From Malacoraja senta (Eukaryota): a DNA stretch of 64,000 nucleotides. The stretch is taken from assembly GCA_038087875.1 (NCBI GenBank), contig JAXLNO010000503.1, forward strand, positions 62,001-126,000. The letters run 5' to 3'. This document shows positions 52,901 through 64,000 of this stretch, piece by piece; position 1 is the stretch's first letter, and each line of letters opens with the position of its first letter. The position numbers were made by a program, and so were the translations under genes. The notes under the pieces were generated by a model. It saw only the letters and a list, made by a program, of their open reading frames with translations, was not told the origin of the DNA and searched no databases.

Positions 52901-55900
52901 GGTCGACATAAATCCTGCAAGGTAGCCATAAATCTGGCAAGGTCGCCATATTTCCGGCAAGGTCGCCACAAATCCGGCCAGGGCGCCATAATTCCGGCAA
53001 GGTCGCCATAAATCAGGCAAAGTCGCCACAAATCCGGCAAGGTCGACATTTTTCCGGCAAGGTCGCCATAAATCCCGCAAGGTCGCCACAAATCCGGCAA
53101 GGTCGACATATTTCCGGCAAGGTCGCCAGAAATCCGGCCAGGTCGCCACAAATCCGGCAAGGTCGCCATATTTCCGGCAAGGTAGCCAGAAATCCGCAAG
53201 GTCGCCACAAATCCGGCGAAGTAGCCATATTTCCGGCAAGGTCGCCATAAATCCGGCAAGGTCGCCACAAATCCGGCGAGGTCGCCATATTTCCGGCAAA
53301 GTCGCCACAAATCCGGCCAGGTCGCCACAAATCCGGTAGGGTTGCCATATTTCCGGCAAGGTAGCTAGAAGTCCGCAAGGTCGCCACAAATCCGGCGAAG
53401 TAGCCATTTTTCCGGCAAGATCGCCATATATCCGGCAAGGTCGCCATAAACCGGCGAAGTAGCCATATTTCCGGCAAGGTCGCCACAAATCCGGCCAGGT
53501 CGCCACAAATCCGGCAAGGTCGCCACATTTCCGGCAAGGTAGCCAGAAATCCGCAAGGTCGCCATAAAATCTAATGGTCGGCATCAACCGGCAAGGTCGC
53601 CACAAATCCGGCGAGGACGCCATATTTCCGGCAAGGTCGCCATAAATCCGGCAAAGACACCATAAATGCGGCGGGGTCGCCATATTTGCGGCAAGGTCGC
53701 CACAGATCCGGAAAGGTCGCCATAAAGCCGGCAAGGTCGCCATAAATCCGGCAAGGTCGTCAGAAATCCGGCAACGTCGCCATATTTCCGGCAAGGTCGC
53801 CATAAATCCGACAAGGTCGCCACAAATCTGGCGAGGTCGCCATATTTCCGGCATGGTCGGCATCATCCGGCAAGGTCGTCACAAATCCGGGGAGGACGCC
53901 ATATTTCCGGCAAAGTCGCATAAAATCCGGCAGTCGCCATAAATGCGGCGAGGTAGCCATATTTCCGGCAAGTTAGATAGAAATCCGCAAGGTCGCCACA
54001 AATCCGGCGAAGTAGGCATATTTCCGGCAAGGTCGCCATATATCCGGCAAGGTCGCCATAAACCGGCGAGGTCGCCATGTTTCCGGCAAAGTCGCCACGA
54101 ATCCGGCAAGTTCGCCACAAATCCGGCAAGGTCGCCATATTTCCGGCAAGGTCGCCACAAATCCGGCCAGGTCGCCACAAATCCGGCAAGGTCGCCATAT
54201 TTCCGGCAAGGTCGCCAAAAATCCGGAGAGGTCGCCATATTTCCGGCAAGGTCGTCATAAATCCGGCAAGGTCGCAATAAACCGGCGAGGTCGCCATATG
54301 TCCGTCAAGGTCGCCATAAATCCGGCAAGGTAGCCACAAATCCGGCAAGGTCGCCATATTTCCGGCAAGGTCGCCACAAATCCATCCAGGACGCCATAAT
54401 TCCGGCAATGTCGCCATAAATCAGGCAAAGTCGCCACAAATCCGGCAAGGGCGACATTTTTCCGGCAAAGTCGCCATAAATCCCGCAAGGTCGCCACAAA
54501 TCCGGCAAGGTCGACATATTTCCGGCAAGTTCGCCACAAATCCGGCCAGGTCGCCACAAATCCGGCAAGGTCGCCATATTTCCGGCAAGGTAGCCAGAAA
54601 TCCGCAAGGTCGCCACAAATCCGGCGAGGTCGCCATATTTCCGGCAACTTCGCCACAAATCCGGCCAGGGCGCCACAAATCCGACAAGGTCGCCATATTT
54701 CCGGCAAGGTAGCCAGAAATCCGGCAAGGTCGCAACAAATCCGGCGAGGACGCCATATTTCCGGCAAGGTCGCCATAAATACGGCAAGGTCGCCAAAAAT
54801 GCGGAGAGGTCGCCATATTTCCGGGAAGGTCGACATAAATCCGGCAAGGTAGCCACAAATCTGGCAAGGTCGCCATATTTCCGGCAAGGTCGCCACAAAT
54901 CCGGCTACGGCGCCATAATTCCGGCAAGGTCGCCATAAATCAGGCAAAGTCGCCACAAATCCGGCAAGGTCGACATTTTTCCGGCAAGGTCGCCAGAAAT
55001 CCGGCCAGGTCGCCACAAATCCGGCAAGGTCGCCATATTTCCGGCAAGGTAGCCAGAAATCCGCAAGGTAGCCACAAATCCGGCGAAGTAGCCATATTTC
55101 CGGCAAGGTCGCCATAAATCCGGCAAGGTCGCCACAAATCCGGCGAGGTCGCCATATTTCCGGCAAGGTCGCCACAAATCCGGCCAGGTCGCCACAAATC
55201 CGGCAAGGTCGCCACAGTTCGGGCAAGGTAGCCAGAAATCCGCAAGGTCGCCATAAAATCGGATGGTCGGCATCATCCGGCAAGGTCGCCACAAATCCGG
55301 CGAGGACGCCATATTTCCGGCAAGGTCGCCATAAATCCGGCAAAGACGCCATAAATGCGGCGAGGTCGCCATATTTCCGGCAAGGTCGCCACAAATCTGG
55401 CAAGGTCGCCATAAATCCGGCGAGGTCGCCATATTTCCGGCAAGGTCGCCACAGATCCGGAAAGGTCGCCATAAAGACGGCAATGTCGCCATAAATCCGG
55501 CAAGGTCGTCAGAAATCCGGCAACGTCGCCATATTTCCGGCAAGGTCGCCATAAATCCGGCAAGGTCGCCACAAATCCGGCGAGGTCGCCATATTTCCGG
55601 CATGGTCGGCATCATCCGGCAAGGTCGTCACAACTCCGGCGAGGACGCCATATTTCCGGCAAAGTCGCATTAAATCCGGCAGTCGCCATAAATGCGGCGA
55701 GGTAGCCATATTTCCTGCAAGGTAGATAGAAATCCGCAAGGTCGCCACAAATCCGGCAAGGTCGCCATATTTCTGGCAAGGTCGCCACAAATCCAGCCAG
55801 GGCGCCATAATTCCGGCAATGTCGCCATAAATCAGGCAAAGTCTCCACAAATCCGGCAAGGGCGCCATTTTTCCGGCAAAGTCGCCATAAATCCCGCAAG

Positions 55901-57791
55901 GTCGCCACAAATACGGCAAGGTCGACATATTTCCGGCAAGTTCGCCACAAATCCGGCCAGGTCGCCACAAATCCGGCAAGGTCGCCATATTGTCGGCAAG
56001 GTAACCAGAAATCCGCAAGGTCGCCACAAATGCGGCGAGGTCGCCATATTTCCGGCAAGGCCGCCACAAATCCGGCCAGGTCGCCACAAATCCGGTAAGG
56101 TCGCCATATTTCCGGCAAGGTAGCTAGAAATCCGCAAGGTCGCCACAAATCCGGCGAAGTAGCCATATTTCCGGCAAGGTCGCCATATATCCGGCAAGGT
56201 CGACATAAACCGGCGAGGTCGCCATGTTTCCGGCAAAGTCGCCACGAATCCGGCAAGGTCGCTATAAATCCCGCAAGGTCGCCATATTTCTGGCAAGTTC
56301 GCCACAAATCCGGCAAGGTAGCCATATTTCCGGCAAGGTCGCCGTAAATCCGGCAAGGTCGCAACAAATCCGGCGAGGACGCCATATTTCCGGCAAGGTC
56401 GCCATAAATCCGGCAAGGTCGCCAAAAATCCGGAGAGGTCGCCATATTTCCGGCAAGGTCTACATATATCCGGCAAGGTAGCCACAAATCTGGCAAGGTC
56501 GCCATATTTCCGGCAAGGTCGCCACAAATCCGGCCAGGGCGCCATAATTCCGGCAAGGTCGCCATAAATCAGGCAAAGTCGCCACAAATACGGCAATGTC
56601 GACATTTTTCAGACAAGGTCGCCATAAATCCCGCAAGGTCGCCACAAATCCGGCAAGGTCGACATATTTTCGGCAAGGTCGCCAGAAATCCAGCCAGGTC
56701 GCCAAAATCCGGCAAGGTCGCCATATTTCCGGCAAGGTAGCCAGAAATCCGCAAGGTCGCCACAAATCCGGCGAAGTAGCCGTATTTCCGGCAAGGTCGC
56801 CATAAATCCGGCAAGGTCGCCACAAATCCGGCGAGGTCGCCATATTTCCGGCAAGGTCGCCACAAATCTGGCCAGGTCGCCACAAATCCGGCAAGGTCGC
56901 CACATTTCCGGCAAGGTAGCCAGAAATACGCAAGGTCGCCATAAAATCGGATGGTCGGCATCATCCGGCAAGGTCGCCACAAATCCGGCGAGGACGCCAT
57001 ATTTCCGGCATGGTCGGCATCATCCGGCAAGGTCGCCACAAATCCGGCGAGGACGCCATATTTCCGGCACGGTCGCCATAAATCCGGCAAAGACGCCATA
57101 AATGCGGCGAGGTCGCCATATTTCCGGCAAGGTCGCCACAAATCTGGCAAGGTCGCCATAAATCTGGCGAGGTCGCCATATTTCCGGCAAGGTCGCCGCA
57201 GATCCGGAAAGGTCGCCATAAAGCCGGCAAGGTCGCCCTAAACCCGGCAAGGTCGTCAGAAATCCGGCAACGTCGCCATATTTCCGGCAAGGTCGCCATA
57301 AATCCGGCAAGGTCGCCACAAATCCGGCGAGGTCGCCATATTTCCGGCATGGTCGGCATCATCCGGCAAGGTCGTCACAAATCCGGCGAGGACGCCATAT
57401 TTCCGGCAAAGTCCCCATAAATCCGGCAGTCGCCATAAATGCGGTGAGGTAGCCATATTTCCGGCAAGGTGGCCACAAATCTGGCAAGGTCTCCATAAAT
57501 CCGGCGAGGTCGCCATATTTCCGGCAAGGTCGCCACAAATCCGGAAAGGTCGCCATAAAGTCGGCAAGGTCGCCATAAATCAGGCAAAGTCGCCACAAAT
57601 CCGGCAAGATCGACATTTTTCCGGCAAGGTCGCCATAAATCCCGCAAGGTCGCCACAAATCCGGCAAGGTCGACATATTTCCGGCAAGGTCGCCAGAAAT
57701 CCGGCCAGGTCGCCACAAACCGGCAAGGTCGCCATATTTCCGGCAAGGTAGCCAGAAATCCGCAAGGTCGCCACAAATCCGGCGAAGTAGC
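49951..57791 (-). repeat. 20-bp satellite, domain D (part 1), more heterogeneous
   Basis: Diagnostic variants aggtagccagaaatccgc, cgaagtagcc, ggccagggcgcc, ggtcggcatcatcc. Confidence 0.93.
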
Positions 57792-58525
57792 CATAGAAAC
57801 ATAGAAACGTAGAAACATAGAAATTAGGTGCAGGAGTAGGCCATTCGGCCCTTCGAGCGTGCACCGCCATTCAATATGATCATGGCTGATCATCCAACTC
57901 AGTATCCCGTACCTGCCTTCTCTCCATACCCTCTGATCCCTTTAGCCACAAGGGCCACATCTAACTCCCTCTTAAATATAGCAAATGAACTGGCCTCGAC
58001 TACCCTCTGTGGCAGAGAGTTCCAGAGATTCACCACTCTCTGTGTGAAAAAAGTTCTTCTCATCTCGGTTTTAAAGGATTTCCCCCTTATCCTTAAGCTG
58101 TGACCCCTTGTCCTGGACTTCCCCAACATCGGGAGCAATCTTCTTGCATCTTGCCTGTAAGTTTGTATAAGATCCCCTCTCAATCTCCTAAATTCTAGAG
58201 AGTATAAACCAAGTCTATCCAGTCTTTCTTCATAAGACAGTCCTGACATCCCAGGAATCAATCTGGTGAACCTTCTCTGCACTCCCTCTATGGCAATAAT
58301 GTCCTTCCTCAGATTTGGAGACCAAAACTGTACGCAATACTCCAGGTATGGTCTCACCAAGACCCTGTACAACTGCAGTAGAACCTCCCTGCTCCTATAC
58401 TCAAATCCATTTGCTATGAAAGCTAACATACCATTCGCTTTCTTCACTGCCTGCTGCACCTGCATGCCTACTTTCAATGACTGGTGTACCATGACACCCA
58501 GGTCACGCTGCATCTCCCCTTTTCC
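57792..58525 (-). mobile_element. CR1-clade LINE, 5'-truncated (~730 bp), with CCATA target-site duplication
   Basis: GKGEMQRDLGV...GYGEKAGTGY*; four (TTTCTATG)-type tail units; 21-bp internal deletion relative to the 26.6-kb copy. Confidence 0.93.
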
Positions 58526-61500
58526 ATATTTCCGGCAAGGTCGCCATAAATCCGGCAATATCCCCACAAATCCAACGAGGTCGCCATATGTCCGTCAAGG
58601 TCGCCATAAATCCGGCAAGGTAGCCACAAATCCGGCAAGGTCGCCATATTTCCGGCAAGGTCGCCACAAATCCAGCCAGGGCGCCATAATTCCGGCAATG
58701 TCGCCATAAATCAGGCAAAGTCGCCACAAATCCGGCAAGGGCGCCATTTTTCCGGCAAGGTCGCCATAAATCCCGCAAGGTCGCCACAAATCCGGCAAGG
58801 TCGACATATTTCCGGCAAGTTCGCCACAAATCCGGCCAGGTCGCCACAAATCCGGCAAGGTCGCCATATTTCCGGCAAGGTAGCCAGAAATCCGCAAGGT
58901 CGCCACAAATCCGGCGAGGTCGCCATATTTCCGGCATAGTCGCCACAAATCCGACCAGGTCGCCACAAATCCGGTAAGGTCGCCATATTTCCGGCAAGGT
59001 AGATAGAAATCCACAAATCCGGCGAAGTAACCATATTTCCGGCAACGTCGCGATATTTCCGGCAAGTTCGCCACAAATCCGGCAAGGTCGCCATATTTCC
59101 GGCAAGGTCGCCACAAATCCGGCCAGGTCGCCACAAATCCGGCAAGGTCGCCATATTTCCGGCAAGGTCGCCAAAAATCCGGAGAGGTCGCCATATTTCC
59201 GGCAAGGTCGCCATAAATCCGGCAAAGTCGCCACAAATCCGGCAAGGGCGCCATTTTTCCGGCAAGGTCGCCATAAATCCCGCAAGGTCGCCAGAAATCC
59301 CGCAAGGTCGCCATATTTCCGGCAATGTAGCCAGAAATCCGCAAGGTCGCAACAAATCCGGCGAGGTCGCCATATATCCGGCAAGGTCGCCACAAATCCG
59401 ACCAGGTCGCCACAAATCCGGTAAGGTCGCCATATTTCCGGCAAGGTAGCTAGAAATCCGCAAGGTCGCCACAAATCCGGCGAAGTAGCCATATTTCCGG
59501 CAAGTTCGCCATATATCCGGCAAGGTCGCCATAATTCCGGCAAGTTCGCCACAAATCCGGCAAGGTCGCCATATTTCCGGCAAGGTCGCCGTAAATCCGG
59601 CAAGGTCGCAACAAATCCGGCGAGGACGCCATATTTCCGGCAAGGTCGCCATAAATCCGGGAAGGTCGCCAAAAACCCGGAGATGTCGCCATATTTCCGG
59701 CAAGGTCGATATAAATCCGGCAAGGTCGACATTTTTCCGGCAAGGTCGCCATAAATCCGGCAAGGTCGCCACAAATCCGGCAAGGTCGACATATTTCCGG
59801 CAAGGTCGCCAGAAATCCGGCAAGGGCGTCACAAATCCGGCGAGGACGCCATATTTCCGGCAAGGTCACCATAAATCCGACAAAGTCGCCATAAATGCGG
59901 CGAGGTAGCCATATTTCCGGCAAGGTCGCCACAAATCTGGCAAGGTCGCCTTAAATACGGCGAGGTCGCCATATTTCCGGCAAGGTCGCCAGAAATCCGG
60001 CCAGGTCGCCACAAATCCGGCAAGGTCGCCATATTTCCGGCAACGTAGCCAGAAATCCGCTATGGTCGCCACAAATCCGGCGAAGTAGCCATATTTCCGG
60101 CAAGGTCGCCATAAATCCGGCAAGGTCGCCACAAATCCGGCGAGGTCGCCATATTTCCGGCAAGGTCGCCACAAATCCGGCAAGGTCTCCACAAATACGG
60201 CAAGGTCGCCACATTTCCGGCAAGGTGGCCAGAAATCCGCAAGGTCGCCATAAAATCGGATGGTCGGCATCATCCGGCAAGGTCGCCACAAATCCGGCGA
60301 GGACGCCATATTTCAGGCATGGTCGGCATCATCCGGCAAGGTCGCCACAAATCCGGCGAGGACGCCATAATTCCGGCAAGGTCGCCATAAATCCGGCAAA
60401 GACGCCATAAATGCGGCGAGGTCGTCATGTTTCCAGCAAGGTCGCCACATATCTGGCAAGGTCGCCACAAATCCGGCGAGGTCGCCATATTTCCGGCAAG
60501 GTCGCCACAGATCCGGAAAGGTCGCCATAAAGCCGGCAAGGTCGCCATAAATCCGGCAAGGTCGTCAGAAATCCGGCAACGTCGCCATATTTCCGGCAAG
60601 GTCGCCATAAATCCGGCAAGGTCGCCACAAATCTGGCGAGGTCGCCATATTTCCGGCATGGTCGGCATCATCCGGCAAGGGCGTCACAAATCCGGCGAGG
60701 ACGCCATATTTCCGGCAAGGTCGCCATAAATCCGGCAAAGTCGCCATAAATGCGGCGAGGTAGCCATATTTCCGGCAAGGTCGCCACAAATCTGGCAAGG
60801 TCGCCATAAATCCGGCGAGGTCGCCATATTTCCGGCAAGGCCGCCATAAATCCGGAAAGGTCGCCATAAAGCCGGCAAGGTCGCCATAAATCAGGCAAAG
60901 TCGCCATAAATCCGGCAAGGTCGACATCTATCCGGCAAGGTCGCCATAAATCCCGCAAGGTCGCCACAAATCCGGCAAGGTCGACATATTTCCGGCAAGG
61001 TCGCCAGAAATCCGGCCAGGTCGCCACAAATCCGGCAAGGTCGCCATATTTCCGGCAAGGTAGCCAGAAATCCGCAAGGTCGCCACAAATCCGGCGAAGT
61101 AGCCATATTTCCGGCAAGGTAGCCAGAAATCCGCAAGGTCGCCATAAAATCGGATGGTCGGCATCATCCGGCAAGGTCGCCACAAATCCGTCGAGGACGC
61201 CATATTTCCGGCATGGTCGGCATCATCCGGTAAGGTCGACACAAATCCGGCGAGGACGTCATATTTCCGGCAACGTCGCCATAAATCCGGCAAAGACGCC
61301 ATAAATGCGGCGAGGTCGCCATATTTCCGGCAAGGTCGCCACAAATCTGCCAAGGTCGCCATAAATCCGGCAAGGTCGCCATATTTCCGGCAAGGTCGTC
61401 ACAAACCCGGAAAGGTCGCCATAAAGCCGGCAAGGTCGCCACAAATCCGGCGAGGACGCCATAATTCCGGCAAGGTCGCCATAAATCCGGCAAAGACGCC

Positions 61501-64000
61501 ATAAATGCGGCGAGGTCGTCATGTTTCCAGCAAGGTCGCCACATATCTGGCAAGGTCGCCACAAATCCGGCGAGGTCGCCATATTTCCGGCAAGGTCGCC
61601 ACAGATCCGGAAAGGTCGCCATAAAGCCGGCAAGGTCGCCATAAATCCGGCAAGGTCGTCAGAAATCCGGCAACGTCGCCATATTTCCGGCAAGGTCGCC
61701 ATAAATCCGGCAAGGTCGCCACAAATCTGGCGAGGTCGCCATATTTCCGGCATGGTCGGCATCATCCGGCAAGGGCGTCACAAATCCGGCGAGGACGCCA
61801 TATTTCCGGCAAGGTCGCCATAAATCCGGCAAAGTCGCCATAAATGCGGCGAGGTAGCCATATTTCCGGCAAGGTCGCCACAAATCTGGCAAGGTCGCCA
61901 TAAATCCGGCGAGGTCGCCATATTTCCGGCAAGGCCGCCATAAATCCGGAAAGGTCGCCATAAAGCCGGCAAGGTCGCCATAAATCAGGCAAAGTCGCCA
62001 TAAATCCGGCAAGGTCGACATCTATCCGGCAAGGTCGCCATAAATCCCGCAAGGTCGCCACAAATCCGGCAAGGTCGACATATTTCCGGCAAGGTCGCCA
62101 GAAATCCGGCCAGGTCGCCACAAATCCGGCAAGGTCGCCATATTTCCGGCAAGGTAGCCAGAAATCCGCAAGGTCGCCACAAATCCGGCGAAGTAGCCAT
62201 ATTTCCGGCAAGGTAGCCAGAAATCCGCAAGGTCGCCATAAAATCGGATGGTCGGCATCATCCGGCAAGGTCGCCACAAATCCGTCGAGGACGCCATATT
62301 TCCGGCATGGTCGGCATCATCCGGTAAGGTCGACACAAATCCGGCGAGGACGTCATATTTCCGGCAAGGTCGCCATAAATCCGGCAAAGACGCCATAAAT
62401 GCGGCGAGGTCGCCATATTTCCGGCAAGGTCGCCACAAATCTGCCAAGGTCGCCATAAATCCGGCAAGGTCGCCATATTTCCGGCAAGGTCGTCACAAAC
62501 CCGGAAAGGTCGCCATAAAGCCGGCAGGGTCGGCATAAATCCGGCAAGGTCGTCAGAAATCAGGCAACGTCGCCGTATTTCCGGCAAGATCGCCATAAAT
62601 CCGGCAAGGTCGCCAGAAACCCGGCGAGGTCGCCATATTTCCGACAAGGTCGCCATAAATCCGGCAATGTCGCCACAAATCCGGCAACGTCGCCATATTT
62701 CCGGCAAGGTCGCCATATATCCGGCAAGGTCGCCACAAATCCGGCAAGGTCGCCATATTTACGGCAAGGTCGCCATAAATCCGGCAAGGTCGCCACAAAT
62801 CCGGCAAGGTAGCCATATTTACGGCAAGGTCGCCATATTTCCGGCAAGGTCGCCATAAATCCGGCGAGGTCGCCACAAATCCGGCAAGGTCGCCATATGT
62901 CTGGCAAGGTCGCCATATATCCGGCGAGGTCGCCATATTTCCGGCAAGGTCGCCACAAATCCGGCAAGGTCGTCATAAATCCTGCGACGTCGCCATATTT
63001 CAGGCGTCGCCACAAATCCTGCAAGGTCGCCATAAACCGGAGAGGTCGCAAGATTTCAGGCAAGGTCGCCACAAATCCGGAAAGGTCGCCATAAATCCGG
63101 TAAAATGTCGCCACAAATACGGCAAGGTCGCCATAATTCCGTCATAGTAGCCATAAATCCGGCAAGGCCGCAATAAACACGGCATGGTCGCCATATTTCC
63201 GGCAAGGTCGCCATATTTCCGGCAAGGTCGCCATAAATGCGGCGAAATCCGGCAAGGTCGCCATATATCCGGCGAGGTCGCCATAAATCCGGCAAGGTCG
63301 CCATAAATCCGGCAAGGTCGCCAGAAATCCAGCAAGGTCGCCATATTTCCGGCAAGGTCGCCGTATTTCCGGCAAGGTCGCCATAAATCCGGCGAGGTCG
63401 CCATATTTCCGGCAAGTTCGCCATATTTCCGGCAAGGTCGCCATAAATCCGGCGAGGTCGCCATATTTCCGGCAAGTTCGCCATAAATCCGGCAAGGTCG
63501 CCAGAAATCCGGAGAGGTCGCCATATTTCCGGCAAGGTCGCCATAAATCCGGCAAGGTCGCCATAAATCGGGCGAGTTCGCCGTATCTCCGTCAAGGTCG
63601 CCATAAATCCGGCAAGGTAGCCACAAATCCGACAAGGTCGCCATTTGTCCGGCAAGGTCGCCATAAATCCCGCAAGGTCGCCACAAATCCGGCAAGGTCG
63701 ACATATTTCCGGCAAAGTCGCCACAAATCCGGCCAGGTCGCCACAAATCCAGCAAGGTCGCCAAATTTCCGGCAAGGTAGCCAGAAATCCGCAAGGTCGC
63801 CACAAATCCGGCGAAGTAGTCATATTTCCGGCAATGTCGCCATAAATCCGGCAAGATCGCCATAAATCCGGCGAGGTCGCCATATTTCCGGCAAGGTCGC
63901 CACAAATCCGGAAAGGTCGCCATTAATCCGGCAAGGTCGCCATAAATTCGGCATGGTCGTCAGAAATCCGGCAACGGCGCCATATTTCCGGCAAGATCGC
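58524..64000 (-). repeat. 20-bp satellite, domain D (part 2), including a 1094-bp tandem duplication at ~60335-62525
   Basis: Identical variant strings at offset 1094 (ORFs 60565/61659, 60668/61762, 60891/61985); array runs off the window end. Confidence 0.95.

Noticed and set aside
57899..58567. Satellite-CR1 fusion ORF of 222 aa
   Set aside because: Chance in-frame junction with a stop-free satellite; it lacks the RT catalytic core.
1..64000. Hundreds of ORFs (up to 712 aa) of MATLPDLWRPCRIYGDLAG repeats with CxxC (CRICGD) motifs resembling zinc-finger starts
   Set aside because: The 20-bp consensus has no stop in any frame on one strand, so three monomers give the same 20-aa peptide in all frames. 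Frequent 19/21-bp units break frame freely, and there is no unique domain or codon-position constraint.
1..64000. CRISPR-like pattern of constant repeat plus variable spacer
   Set aside because: Spacers are only about 6 bp from a small recurring set, there are no cas genes, and the context is vertebrate LINEs.

Overview
Non-genic vertebrate heterochromatin-like window. About 55 kb (roughly 2,700-2,800 monomers, my estimate) is a CpG-rich 20-bp tandem satellite, consensus GGCGACCTTGCCGG + ATTTAT/ATTTGT/AAATAT/AAATGT, organised into local higher-order repeats (HORs) of about 0.7-2.6 kb. The array reads on the + strand up to ~14957, then flips across a 10-bp non-satellite filler and reads on the - strand to the end. 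It is interrupted by a 200-N scaffold gap and six LINE pieces from three clades: one 5'-truncated L1-clade element with a nearly complete but disrupted ORF2; two copies of a single L2 insertion duplicated together with the satellite; and three 5'-truncated CR1-clade copies, one nested in the first L2. The CR1 3' end resembles the elasmobranch HER1 family as I recall it, so a shark, skate or ray host is likely (inference). The hundreds of MATLPDLWRPCRIYGDLAG ORFs are translation artefacts of the satellite. I find no host gene and no convincing new protein-coding system. The interest lies in the satellite itself and in its readable history of insertion, duplication and inversion.
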